DNA from: a virus | Lineage: Duplodnaviria > Heunggongvirae > Uroviricota > Caudoviricetes | Strand: one strand, 5' to 3' | Length of the DNA: 64,000 bases | Virus record (IMG/VR): IMGVR_UViG_2671180724_000008 | In this document: positions 9,876 through 19,060 of the stretch, piece after piece | How the letters are laid out: every line of letters begins with the position of its first letter | Numbering within the stretch: position 1 is the first letter of the stretch | Translations under genes and position numbers: made by a program | Notes under the pieces: model-generated | Seen by the model: only the letters and a program-made list of their open reading frames with translations | What the model was told of the DNA's origin: nothing | Databases searched by the model: none

Positions 9876-9997
9876 CACAACGTTGAGGCCATTACATTTT
9901 TATCAATTCTAAGGTTCTATTCACAGAGATACCGGCGAGCGTTGATATGTAACATGTTGGGCAAACATTCAATCGGAGTAGTGGCCTCAACGTTGTG
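9876..9997. repeat. Stem-enclosed element: 16-bp inverted repeat CACAACGTTGAGGCCA / TGGCCTCAACGTTGTG around about 90 nt
   Basis: Perfect long-range inverted repeat; stem related to elements at 10519 and 11268. Confidence 0.55.
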
Positions 9998-10263
9998 AAG
10001 ACGGGATTGTTGTGTAGGTTTAACCACTGTTGCCATTGGTGCCTGTTTTCACAACAAATGATTCCATACATCACATTGTATAAATTACAAAGTAGGTGCT
10101 GTCCTCAGAAACATCATCTACTTAAAGATTTTGCCTTCTACTATTGAGCGAAGTCGAAAGCGTCTGGCACTAACGAAAAGTGCAAGTAGCGGTGCGTTTC
10201 CTGGCAGAAACTAAACCGTCGCGATTGGCACTGTTGAGTAATAAATACTGGCAGTGCTGAATT

Positions 10264-10339
10264 GATGGTGTAGCTCAGCGGTAGAGCAGTTGGCTGTTAA
10301 CCAACTGGTCGGTGGTTCGAATCCACCCACCATCGCCAA
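10264..10339 (+). tRNA. tRNA-Asn (anticodon GUU)
   Basis: Cloverleaf by hand: acceptor GATGGTG/CACCATC, anticodon stem GTTGG/CCAAC with loop CTGTTAA, T-arm GGTGG-TTCGAAT-CCACC, 3' CCA. Confidence 0.8.
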
Positions 10340-10343
10340 TTTA

Positions 10344-10430
10344 GGGGAGTTAGTCCGTAGAGGTAGCGGTGTAGACTGTAAATCTACTGTCATTGCGACT
10401 CGGGTGGTTCGACTCCATCACTCCCCACCA
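10344..10430 (+). tRNA. tRNA-Tyr (anticodon GUA), long variable arm
   Basis: Acceptor GGGGAGT/ACTCCCC, anticodon stem GTAGA/TCTAC with loop CTGTAAA, T-loop TTCGACT, 3' CCA. Confidence 0.7.
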
Positions 10431-10434
10431 AATT

Positions 10435-10510
10435 GCCGGTTTAGCTCAGTTGGTAGAGCGCCTGCCTTGTAAGCAGGATGTCAGCGGTTCGTGTCCGTTA
10501 ACCGGCACCA
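10435..10510 (+). tRNA. tRNA-Thr (anticodon UGU)
   Basis: Acceptor GCCGGTT/AACCGGC, D-arm GCTC-AGTTGGTA-GAGC, anticodon loop CTTGTAA, T-arm AGCGG-TTCGTGT-CCGTT, 3' CCA. Confidence 0.8.
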
Positions 10511-10518
10511 ACATAATA

Positions 10519-10598
10519 TTGAGAACATTGGCGTAACGGGGTCATATCCCAATCTATGAATAAATGTTACGTTGCCGCGTGACAACCAGTGTTCTCAA
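10519..10598. repeat. Stem-enclosed element (TTGAGAACATTGG / CCAGTGTTCTCAA) with nested CGTAAC/GTTACG stem
   Basis: 13-bp inverted repeat; same CACAnnGTTGAG stem family in inverted orientation. Confidence 0.5.
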
Positions 10599-11178
10599 CA
10601 TTGTGGTGAATGCACAGGCTGATGTGCCGCAACTACAGTAGTGCGCGCTTTGCGGGGCTTGCTACAACCCTGTGTCGGAGATCAGCGCCGACCATCACAA
10701 TTTGGCTCTCTTGCAACAGCATAACGCTGAAATATGTCCAACCTGGTGCGGCCTGTTCACCCGCCGTTAGCTCCACGAAACGGAGCGCACAACAGATAAG
10801 AGAACTTCCCATATGGGGCTTGGCTTAAATGCATCGAGTTCTCTTATCGCTGTGTCACAGACAAATTTCCGACAGCCCTGTTTATCATCGGACGCAACCT
10901 AAAAGGTCGAGGCAAAGCCAGGTAATAGCGGAGGGAGTGACACAGCACACAACAGGTAAGAGCATTTGTAGAGTTCGACTCTCTACCGTGGGCTTTTTCC
11001 CGCGATGCGAGCCATAAATGCTCTTTCCGTTGTGGTGGATTCGCAGACTGATGCGATAGCTTTCTTGGATGTTAGGGAAATGCGGCCGCAAATCTTCCCT
11101 TTCGCGAGCGGTGATCGTCCGTAGTCCTAATTGGCTGCACCGTATGCCGGAGATTCAGTACCGGCCACCACAACGGCC

Positions 11179-11265
11179 GGAGAGTAGGGAGCATGGTGCT
11201 CAAGCGGTCTTGAAAACCGTCCCATTGTGCAAACGATGATGGTTCGATTCCATTACTCTCCGCCA
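11179..11265 (+). tRNA. tRNA-Ser (anticodon UGA), long variable arm
   Basis: Acceptor GGAGAGT/ACTCTCC, anticodon stem-loop GGTCTTGAAAACC as in enterobacterial tRNA-Ser(UGA), T-loop TTCGATT, 3' GCCA; D-arm atypical. Confidence 0.65.
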
Positions 11266-11267
11266 GA

Positions 11268-11345
11268 CACAGCGTTGAGCGGTTTGGCCTTTTAATCAAC
11301 TCGATTAAGACTCCGCTAACATAAACCAGACCGCTCAACGCTGTG
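11268..11345. repeat. Stem-enclosed element directly 3' of tRNA-Ser (CACAGCGTTGAGCGGT / ACCGCTCAACGCTGTG)
   Basis: 16-bp perfect inverted repeat around about 45 nt. Confidence 0.55.
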
Positions 11346-11420
11346 ATAGACAATTACGGCAGACGTTCTTAACCATAGCTTGCTAACATCCTAGCAACAC
11401 TTTTTTTCAGCGCAAAATTC

Positions 11421-11443
11421 AAAGGGGCTTCGGCCCCTTTTTT
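11421..11443. terminator. Bidirectional rho-independent terminator (GGGGC-TTCG-GCCCC flanked by A-run and T-run)
   Basis: GC stem with tetraloop; T-run on both strands; just past the stop of the minus-strand gene 11461-12795. Confidence 0.8.
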
Positions 11444-11460
11444 GAAAGCAATGGGCAAGT

Positions 11461-12795
11461 TCATGCCAAATTATCCAGATTTCTTTTCTTTTTTTCAATT
11501 ATATTTCTCGCGCCAGAAAAAATTTTACTCAAAATAATTGATTTGCTTGCTCTATTATTAAGATGTAACAACGCGCTATAAAATACATAGTTATCTATTT
11601 TACTATTTAAAGTATTCCCAAGCTTCCCGTTATATGTGCTATTAATAGTATTAAAATATACATGTTCAGGACCTATATTACAAATACCCCTATCAACTCG
11701 CTTTAAATAATGTTTAACTAAAGAAATAGCATCTTCCTTATCATTAATAACATAAAGTCCTGAGCGTTTACCTAGCTTGCTGTCCGAGAATAATTTATAA
11801 CCAACAAGTTCATTTAACGTATTATCCACTTTTGTCAACTCTTTGTTGGCAATCTCCAAATAATACTCAATCTCTTTCTCCATATTACTTATTAAAGAGT
11901 TAAATTCTGCTCGTAACAAATCACCACCAGGTGATTTATAACTCCATAAAATTGAATTGGTAATACGTACTACGTCAGATACTTCTGGTTTCTCTGAATA
12001 GTTTTTGTATCTAGTGCAAATAATGCTGTGCTTTATATATTCTCTAACTAATGATCGATAATCCCTTTCGAAAAGGTTTTTGACATCTAGTCTTCCATTG
12101 CTTGTTGTTATTAAGGTGGTGTTTAAAACTGGGTCGCCTTCAAAAAAATTATATTTATTTAGTAATCGTTTTAGCTTGTGTGAATTATGTGATGTTTCGC
12201 CATAATAATTTATCCCAAAAATAGCAATTATTAGCATAACATCAGGAGTGATGAAATGTCGTAATTGCTCGGCATAAACTTTTTTATCTTCGATTTTCGA
12301 AGATGGAGAGTAAAAACCTTTGTCTATATATTCTAATATTGAAACAATATTACTAACATAACGTATAAAAACTTGATTCATTACAACGGAATCATAAACC
12401 TGATGCAAATAATCTACTCTCAAGTTGTTTTTTATTTTTTCCCCTGTACTAGATGATAACTCTTCTTTTACCTGCCCAAGTAGCTTTTCGTGGTGCTCCA
12501 GCAATGTTTTAAACCATTGTTCAAATGATGATTTTCTTGCCTCAGTTAATGAATCTGATGTTATCTGGACAGCTTTCATAGCTGCTTTCGCACTTTTCTT
12601 TGCTTCATAAGCGTTCCATGCTGAAGCACAAAAAGCTGCCGCCGTGATGCAACTGGTAAAAATAGAAATCCTATCTGCAACATTCAAGCTCCAGAACCAA
12701 TCAGACGATGAAATCAAAACCACAGATATTACGGGAACAATGAAAATCAAAACAGGCATGTATGTACTCGCTCTAATAGTTATTAGTCGAGGCAA
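11461..12795 (-). CDS. AT-rich membrane-anchored protein of unknown function; candidate superinfection-exclusion, abortive-infection or defence gene
   Basis: Gene visibly much more AT-rich than neighbours; two N-terminal TM helices then about 380-aa soluble region; own AT-rich promoter region and terminator; opposite strand. Confidence 0.6.
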   Translation of the reverse strand: MPRLITIRASTYMPVLIFIVPVISVVLISSSDWFWSLNVADRISIFTSCITAAAFCASAWNAYEAKKSAKAAMKAVQITSDSLTEARKSSFEQWFKTLLEHHEKLLGQVKEELSSSTGEKIKNNLRVDYLHQVYDSVVMNQVFIRYVSNIVSILEYIDKGFYSPSSKIEDKKVYAEQLRHFITPDVMLIIAIFGINYYGETSHNSHKLKRLLNKYNFFEGDPVLNTTLITTSNGRLDVKNLFERDYRSLVREYIKHSIICTRYKNYSEKPEVSDVVRITNSILWSYKSPGGDLLRAEFNSLISNMEKEIEYYLEIANKELTKVDNTLNELVGYKLFSDSKLGKRSGLYVINDKEDAISLVKHYLKRVDRGICNIGPEHVYFNTINSTYNGKLGNTLNSKIDNYVFYSALLHLNNRASKSIILSKIFSGARNIIEKKKRNLDNLA

Positions 12796-12854
12796 ATATT
12801 ATATAAATCTCGTTATGATTTACAGACATGTATACGTATTGCTAATTATCACCA

Positions 12855-12888
12855 ACAAATGATAGGTGTGTACATATCTATCATTTGT
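12855..12888. promoter_or_regulatory. Palindrome ACAAATGATAG-N12-CTATCATTTGT in promoter region of the minus-strand gene
   Basis: Perfect 11-bp inverted repeat; half-site related to the GATAAGTA family. Confidence 0.45.
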
Positions 12889-12937
12889 TGTAAAATTAAT
12901 GTATACGCTATGAATACACTAATAATATGAGGTAATC

Positions 12938-13183
12938 ATGACTATCGTTATCTACGGACGAGATAACTGTTCATACTGCAAACGTGCGGTCGAGCTGGCG
13001 AAGCAACTAAAGGGACATGGCTACGGTGATTATGAGTACATCGACATCACTACTACCGGTATCGATAAGGAAAAACTTAGCGAAATTGTTGGTAAACCGG
13101 TAGAGACTATACCCCAGGTACTGATCGATGGCCAGCCGATTGGCGGATACACAGAACTGGCTGCATACGTCAGCACCCTCTGA
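12938..13183 (+). CDS. Glutaredoxin (NrdH/Grx-like redoxin)
   Basis: CSYC active-site motif near N-terminus, 81 aa. Confidence 0.75.
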   Translation: MTIVIYGRDNCSYCKRAVELAKQLKGHGYGDYEYIDITTTGIDKEKLSEIVGKPVETIPQVLIDGQPIGGYTELAAYVSTL

Positions 13184-13187
13184 TTTT

Positions 13188-13211
13188 AACGGCTCACAGG
13201 AGCCGTTTTTA
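13188..13211 (+). terminator. Rho-independent terminator (CGGCTC-acag-GAGCCG then TTTTT)
   Basis: Hairpin plus T-run after glutaredoxin stop. Confidence 0.7.
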
Positions 13212-13349
13212 TTCCCACCAAACTCACTCCCGTTTCCCTTAAAATTCAAAAAACAACGTCAAAATGATTCCATACCTACTATGTATGGAATCATTCGTGA
13301 AAATGAGTTACTTTTACTCTTGATCCTATAAGAATCTATGCCTAATATA

Positions 13350-13365
13350 CTGTTTACTTATACAG
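13350..13365. promoter_or_regulatory. LexA (SOS) box CTGTTTACTTATACAG, about 29 bp upstream of the recombinase start
   Basis: Matches CTGT-N8-ACAG with AT-rich spacer. Confidence 0.6.
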
Positions 13366-13393
13366 TGAATCGGCGTAACTCGGTGATTGTCAT

Positions 13394-14497
13394 ATGAAAA
13401 ATAGCTTTGACAGAGCACGCGCTGCGGAGAACACCTCAAAAGAGGCGATTGAGTATCTCGAAAGAGCATCTCAAATGCAGGCCGTTATGATCTCGCAGGT
13501 TAGCAATGACATGAGATTCTCGGACGCATTCATGTTATTCACTCGCTTATCTCTGCTTATAACCAGACGTCGGCCAGAGATCGCTGTTCATTGTATTTTG
13601 ATACATGTTTTGCCGCACATTGCTGATGTAAAAGTAAGTGACATTAATAGGTTCATGGTGAACCAACTGGTAAACCCACTAATACTGGATGGCAAAATTG
13701 TTATGGGCCGCCGCGTTTTCTCTCTGATGAAGCAGTTCCTTAGCTGGTGCGCCTTCCAGGGGATGATAGACGTGTCACCGTTAAACGATATGTCACTAAA
13801 CAAAGTTGCCGGTGGCGCAAAGCCCACACCTCGCGAGCGGAAGCTGACCGACGCAGAGGTATGGGTGTTCTGGAATATATGGGACTACTTCAATGTGTGC
13901 GCTGGTACAAAATGGGCGGCCAGGCTGTGTCTTGTATCAGCAAGACGACCTGACGAAGTACTGCGGGCTAAAAAAAGTGAGTTCAATCTTAAGCGTGGGG
14001 TTTGGAATCAAGGCAAGAGAAACAAGTCAGCACGTGAGCATTCGCTGCCTTTAAGCACATTAATGCGCACATGCATTGAAGAGTTGTTCGAATACGGTAA
14101 AGACAGCCAGTGGCTCGTGCCTTCGAATAAAAAAATCGGGAAAGACCTTCCTATGTCTAAAGTGGCAATAGCCCAGGCATTACGTCGTATTCTGGAACGA
14201 CCAGAACTGATGGAGCTTGAGCCATTTACACCCCGAGATTTGCGCCGTACTGCGCGTAGTTACTTCCCAGCATTAGGCATAAGCCAGGAGGTATCACGCA
14301 AAATCATGAACCACAGTCTTGAGGGGATAGATCGGGTCTACGACCGGCACGATTATATGGACGAGATGCGAGACGCCTTAGAAAGTTTCTCGACGTACAT
14401 CGCATCAATCGTAGAGCAACCGGATTTAGACGAAATTGACCACAAATTCAAGGGAGATCGTCTATCAACAGAGCTTATTCGTGTAAATTTTTCATAG
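13394..14497 (+). CDS. Tyrosine recombinase (phage integrase family); integration versus dimer-resolution role unresolved
   Basis: C-terminal motifs RDLRRTARSY and HSLEG...RVYDRHDY resembling P4-type integrase R/H-x-x-R/Y signature, recalled from memory; no obvious N-terminal arm-binding domain. Confidence 0.65.
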   Translation: MKNSFDRARAAENTSKEAIEYLERASQMQAVMISQVSNDMRFSDAFMLFTRLSLLITRRRPEIAVHCILIHVLPHIADVKVSDINRFMVNQLVNPLILDGKIVMGRRVFSLMKQFLSWCAFQGMIDVSPLNDMSLNKVAGGAKPTPRERKLTDAEVWVFWNIWDYFNVCAGTKWAARLCLVSARRPDEVLRAKKSEFNLKRGVWNQGKRNKSAREHSLPLSTLMRTCIEELFEYGKDSQWLVPSNKKIGKDLPMSKVAIAQALRRILERPELMELEPFTPRDLRRTARSYFPALGISQEVSRKIMNHSLEGIDRVYDRHDYMDEMRDALESFSTYIASIVEQPDLDEIDHKFKGDRLSTELIRVNFS

Positions 14498-14878
14498 AGA
14501 CTTTATGGCCTCAACAACCTTTTGTGATGCGCCTTTCTCTTTACCGAATCGCTCGTTATATGCAGCAAGAACCTGTTTTTCGTCCTCGTTAAGAGGAGCG
14601 GTGCCTTCTTTGTATAAAAATGCTGCGAGTTCAGGTTGGCGTTCTTCCAGCACCATCATCATAAGACGACTTGGCTCAATACCCAGCGCCAGCGCCAGCG
14701 GACGAACCTTATCGATAGGCAAAGGAATTTTGCCACTTTTAATTAAAGAAAGGTTGTTGGCATTTTTATAACCAATAAGTCTGGCTATTTGGGCCTGACT
14801 CATAGGTGAGGATTCAATCAGCCCTGCGATAAAAGCAGCATAGCGACTTTCTATAAATTCAATCTTGTTGTCAGACAT
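14492..14878 (-). CDS. XRE-family helix-turn-helix transcriptional regulator
   Basis: HTH region SQAQIARLIGYKNANNLSLIKSG; divergent from downstream plus-strand genes. Confidence 0.7.
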   Translation of the reverse strand: MSDNKIEFIESRYAAFIAGLIESSPMSQAQIARLIGYKNANNLSLIKSGKIPLPIDKVRPLALALGIEPSRLMMMVLEERQPELAAFLYKEGTAPLNEDEKQVLAAYNERFGKEKGASQKVVEAIKSL

Positions 14879-15129
14879 TGTTACAACCTTTGCGCGTTTA
14901 ATTCTCTCTGGTAAGTGCTTACCGATATTACATCAAAGGTTAGGGTTGTAAAGCTATTATCATTTTTTTCGGCAGGCACTTGTAAGACCGAGCAAAGGTC
15001 CATGCATGGAGAAAAACTAGCCCAAAATAGGTAAGAAAATTAACTTGCATCTGATATAGATGTATTCAGTATTGATACAAATTTTAGTAGTATTCCTTAC
15101 CATAGTATAAGTTAGAATGGATTGATTGA

Positions 15130-15342
15130 ATGAAAACCACTATTTCCAGCCTAATCGCTCTTGAGATCGGACACGTACAGAAATTAGCTGATGAGTGTGT
15201 AGCTGACATCCTCACCGATCTACCGAATGAGCAGATTCAGGTTGGTGTGAATGACACAACTGGCTTTATATTCGAACTTAACAACAAACGCTTCACGCTT
15301 CTCAATACCGGCTCCGGGTCTTTAGCCGTCAGAATCTGTTAA
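15130..15342 (+). CDS. Small hypothetical protein
   Basis: 70-aa ORF divergent from the XRE regulator. Confidence 0.4.
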   Translation: MKTTISSLIALEIGHVQKLADECVADILTDLPNEQIQVGVNDTTGFIFELNNKRFTLLNTGSGSLAVRIC

Positions 15343-15440
15343 CCCCTCTTCTCCCTGCGCGAATGGCTTAGTTCCCTGTTCGCGCAGTGCTACATTAAAC
15401 ACACTAGTAAATAATTTGTTTTCATAACAAAGGATTAGCC

Positions 15441-17549
15441 ATGTCTAAAAAACGTTCCATCAAAGAGGTTCAGGACTTCCGTGACAGTGTAAAACGAGTA
15501 GTCGCTCTCCTTTCAGGTAAAAACATCCCTGTTGCAGAACGAGGGGACGACGCTTATGTACGCTATAACGATGATGGAGAGCCAATTCTCGTAAACATCC
15601 CATCAATCCCGGATAACGCAACACCGGCATTGATGAATGCTGTGCGCGGATTTCTCGATCATGAGGTTGCTCACATTTTGTTTACCGATATTCGTGTGTC
15701 CAACAAAATGAGAGAAAAAGGACGCGTTCCTTCCTGGTCGCTATGGAATGCCTTAGAAGACGTGTTCATCGAGCGAAAAATGGGGCAGGTCTTTAACGGA
15801 ACAAGACGTAATCTGATGGCAACTCAGCGCCTTATAATCGAAAAAGTCTTTAAACCAAAGGCTTCAGAGGCTATTGCTTATTGTGGCAAAGATCAGCGCG
15901 CGCTTTTTCTAAACTTCTTTCTCTGTCCGGTTGTAAGAGCCTGGGATGGCCAAGCACCGTTCGTAGATTTCATGGATGAATACTGGCCTGTCATTGAGAA
16001 ACCAATTTCATTATTAAAAGAACATGGTATCGATGTGGCCGTGCGTAACATGTCTTGCACCGAGGATTGTGTAAAGGTGGCTGCGACCATAGCTAAGATC
16101 CTCAAAGACACTGAAAGTGAAAGCAAAGGTAAGGAGTCAGCTCCGGGAAAAACTTCCGATCCTTCAGACGCTGACCAGACGGATGCCTCTGGAGAAAACA
16201 ATGAAGACAACGAAGATCATGAGACACCCTCAGCGTTAGATAATCACAAATCTATCGAATCAGAATCACACAGTAAGCACAAACATGATAATAACGACAG
16301 TGATGATTCAGATAATTCTGAATCATCAGAAACAATATTCGATGATACAGAAAATGATAAAGAGGTATCAGATTCTGATGCTTCTGATAACGCGGCGTCA
16401 GAATCATTAACCGCTGGCCACGAAAAAAGAAAAACGACAGAAGACGGCTCTTCAGATATTCCAACTCCGTCAAAAATGAGTCTGGAAGAGGCTTTAGAGG
16501 AGCTGGATAGCATAGAAGATGAAGTCGGAGGCATGACAGAAGATGCTCTATCCGAAACGATTAAAAGCGAGTTAACAGAAAGCTCGAAAAGCGAATACAG
16601 GCCATACAATCGCTCATACGACTTCATCGGCTCGATTGATCAGGCAGAAGCCCATATCAAACGGCTTATTAAAACATTCTCCGATATTGATTTAGGAGGA
16701 TATCCAATCAGCCGCTATCGCATCGTTCCTGAAGGCAACCAGCTCTTCGACAAATATATTGAAAAGCATCTTTCGTCAGGTGTTTCGTCGACGCTGGCAA
16801 AAGACCTGGAGCGAGCAATAGCAAGCAGAAACAGAGTTCAGTTTATACCGGGCCAGCGTCGGGGGCGCATTCATGGTTCTAGTATCTACAGATTAGCAAT
16901 GAATGATGATCGCGTGTTTCGTAAAAAAGAAGAATCTAAAGCCGTTAACGCCTGTGTTCAACAAGTGATTGATTTATCAGGTTCAATGAGTGGCGAAACG
17001 ATAAAACTAGCTCTTGCAAGTGCATATACCATCGCCGATGCTCTTGATCGAATAAATGTTCCCAACATTATCACCGGCTTCACTACATTTGGCAGTCATC
17101 TGGCAGCGATAGAACTTAAGGCTATCAAGTATGAGTTCTCTCGCTTTGAATCTTTAATGCTACCTATCATCAAAAATTGGAATGAAAAAGCAAATTCTCG
17201 CGAAGTTCGCTCACGTATGGGGTGCGTAGGCTACACATTCCCACTTCTTAATAACGTGGATGGTGAAAGCATAGCCAGCCTTGCATCGTTATTTTCCGGT
17301 CGCATGGAGGACAGGAAGATCATGCTTGTTCTGAGCGATGGCGAGCCGCTGGCTGTTGGGAGAGGTTTTGACGCTCATTTGCGTTCGGTTGCGAAGCAAA
17401 TTGAAACGCAGACTGACATTGATTTGATGGCAATTGGCATCATGACTGACGCACCGGAGAGATTTTACGCAAATCATGCCCTGGTAACGAGCGTTGATAG
17501 TCTTGGTTCATCTGTAGTTACTGAACTATCTCGTATCATTTTGAAGTGA
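15441..17549 (+). CDS. CobT-like protein with C-terminal vWA domain and acidic Ser/Asp-rich linker
   Basis: MIDAS-like DLSGSMSG motif in C-terminal third; long low-complexity acidic insert; adjacent to AAA ATPase. Confidence 0.6.
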   Translation: MSKKRSIKEVQDFRDSVKRVVALLSGKNIPVAERGDDAYVRYNDDGEPILVNIPSIPDNATPALMNAVRGFLDHEVAHILFTDIRVSNKMREKGRVPSWSLWNALEDVFIERKMGQVFNGTRRNLMATQRLIIEKVFKPKASEAIAYCGKDQRALFLNFFLCPVVRAWDGQAPFVDFMDEYWPVIEKPISLLKEHGIDVAVRNMSCTEDCVKVAATIAKILKDTESESKGKESAPGKTSDPSDADQTDASGENNEDNEDHETPSALDNHKSIESESHSKHKHDNNDSDDSDNSESSETIFDDTENDKEVSDSDASDNAASESLTAGHEKRKTTEDGSSDIPTPSKMSLEEALEELDSIEDEVGGMTEDALSETIKSELTESSKSEYRPYNRSYDFIGSIDQAEAHIKRLIKTFSDIDLGGYPISRYRIVPEGNQLFDKYIEKHLSSGVSSTLAKDLERAIASRNRVQFIPGQRRGRIHGSSIYRLAMNDDRVFRKKEESKAVNACVQQVIDLSGSMSGETIKLALASAYTIADALDRINVPNIITGFTTFGSHLAAIELKAIKYEFSRFESLMLPIIKNWNEKANSREVRSRMGCVGYTFPLLNNVDGESIASLASLFSGRMEDRKIMLVLSDGEPLAVGRGFDAHLRSVAKQIETQTDIDLMAIGIMTDAPERFYANHALVTSVDSLGSSVVTELSRIILK

Positions 17550-17565
17550 TTAAAACAGCCTTAAC

Positions 17566-17587
17566 GATAAGTAACTACTTATGATAG
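17566..17587. promoter_or_regulatory. Copy of palindrome family GATAAGTAACTACTTAT
   Basis: Intergenic. Confidence 0.4.
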
Positions 17588-17644
17588 TTAATGATATATT
17601 TATATAAGAAGTTGAACGCTCATTAGAGAACAAAGGAAAAACGC

Positions 17645-18880
17645 ATGACTACTACTGCACTGCAAAATGAAAAAAATCCTTCTGATTACCTTGTTTGCAA
17701 GTGGTGCGGAAAATCATTTCACTATTTTAAGTCCCATGTAGCCTATGGTAATTGCGAGGGCATTCCTGAGTCGGTAAAAGATGCCGATCCTGACACCGTA
17801 CTGAAAATGTACACAACGCAGTTTCCAGATGAACCAACGCTATCGAAAAAGGCACTTGATGCAATTCAAGCTAAACGTGCCGAGCAAAAAAGCGAAATGG
17901 CCAAATCTTCTGGTGTGACCAGTAGCCCAGGCTACATAGGCACAGTTGAGTACAAGACAGATCTGGTCGCAGCTCACGAACTGCTAGACGTAACGGTGGA
18001 AGAACTCGGAACAAAACGTGGGACGCCGCTCATGGTTAGCGTCAACGTCAATACGCCGTTTCCAGAGTTCGTTCCTGAAGTGAAGAAGGGCTACGTATAT
18101 GGCGACTTCGAACTGATCAAAGACATTTTCATGATGCTTGAACTTGGCATACCAGGCTATTTGTGGGGACATGCAGGAACAGGCAAATCGTCATTGCCTA
18201 CACAGCTATGTGCTTTGCTCAATCGTCCGTTGATCCGTGCCCAACATACAGCATCAATGGAAGAAGCTCATGTTACGGGTCAAATTCTGGCGCGTGATGG
18301 CTCTACGTATTTCGAGCCAGGCTTGCTTGCGCTCGCAATGAAGCATGGCTGGGTTTACCTCGCGGATGAATACGACTTTGCGTTTCCACAAATTCTTGGC
18401 GTGTATCAGCCAGTGCTGGAAGGTGAAGCGTTGGTCATCAAAGAGGCGACACCAGAATGGCGTCGCATTACTCCGCATAAACGGTTTGCTTTTATTGGCA
18501 CTGGCAACACGAACGGATCTGGTGATGAAACCGGCTTGTACCAGGGTACAAACATCCAGAACGCCGCGAACTTTTCGCGTTTTGGCATCGTTTCGAATGT
18601 GAAATACATGAGCAAAGAGGCAGAGATCAACATGTTGATAAATGCCGGCATTGTGGATGAGTACGCTGAAAAGATGGTTAAGTTTGCCGGTATCGTTCGC
18701 GATGGTTACGAAGAACACAATATCAGCCAACCGATTGGGCCTCGTGAGCTTTTGTTGTCGGCCAAGATTGGAATGATGCGAGGCGACTTTGTGACAGGTA
18801 TTGAGCGTTCTTTCATTAACAAACTCCCTTCAGCTTCTGCACAAGCGGCTCGTGAAGTTGTTCAAAAAATATTTGGTTGA
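17645..18880 (+). CDS. CobS/MoxR-like AAA+ ATPase with N-terminal zinc-ribbon
   Basis: Walker A GHAGTGKSS; N-terminal CxxC...C motif; paired with vWA protein. Confidence 0.65.
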   Translation: MTTTALQNEKNPSDYLVCKWCGKSFHYFKSHVAYGNCEGIPESVKDADPDTVLKMYTTQFPDEPTLSKKALDAIQAKRAEQKSEMAKSSGVTSSPGYIGTVEYKTDLVAAHELLDVTVEELGTKRGTPLMVSVNVNTPFPEFVPEVKKGYVYGDFELIKDIFMMLELGIPGYLWGHAGTGKSSLPTQLCALLNRPLIRAQHTASMEEAHVTGQILARDGSTYFEPGLLALAMKHGWVYLADEYDFAFPQILGVYQPVLEGEALVIKEATPEWRRITPHKRFAFIGTGNTNGSGDETGLYQGTNIQNAANFSRFGIVSNVKYMSKEAEINMLINAGIVDEYAEKMVKFAGIVRDGYEEHNISQPIGPRELLLSAKIGMMRGDFVTGIERSFINKLPSASAQAAREVVQKIFG

Positions 18881-19060
18881 TCGTGCGTAAAGGATGTTTC
18901 GGCTCTCTTATCGCTGCTTCTGAAACTGGTAAGGCTTGTCTGGTGTGTCCAGACAAGCCCGATTGTCACCAATCAGCAAAAGAAGTTGCGATTTCGATGC
19001 ACGGGAAGTTCGTAGGCTTCCCAAATGACAAAATCAAAAAAACCAGAAAGGTAAAAACAC

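Noticed and set aside
10211-11353. Short ORFs in the tRNA region (10211-10393, 10290-10472, 10610-10828, 10829-11017, 10885-11091, 11072-11353)
   Set aside because: They overlap tRNA genes or long inverted repeats and have no start context; the region is most likely non-coding RNA.
13394-14497. Using the tyrosine recombinase to define the element's integration boundaries
   Set aside because: The gene is about 47 kb from the host junction and no tRNA-derived direct repeat was found near 14.9 kb, so it does not obviously mark attL or attR.
15893-16627. Minus-strand ORFs antisense to the CobT-like gene
   Set aside because: They lie within the low-complexity acidic region of a supported gene; antisense artefacts.
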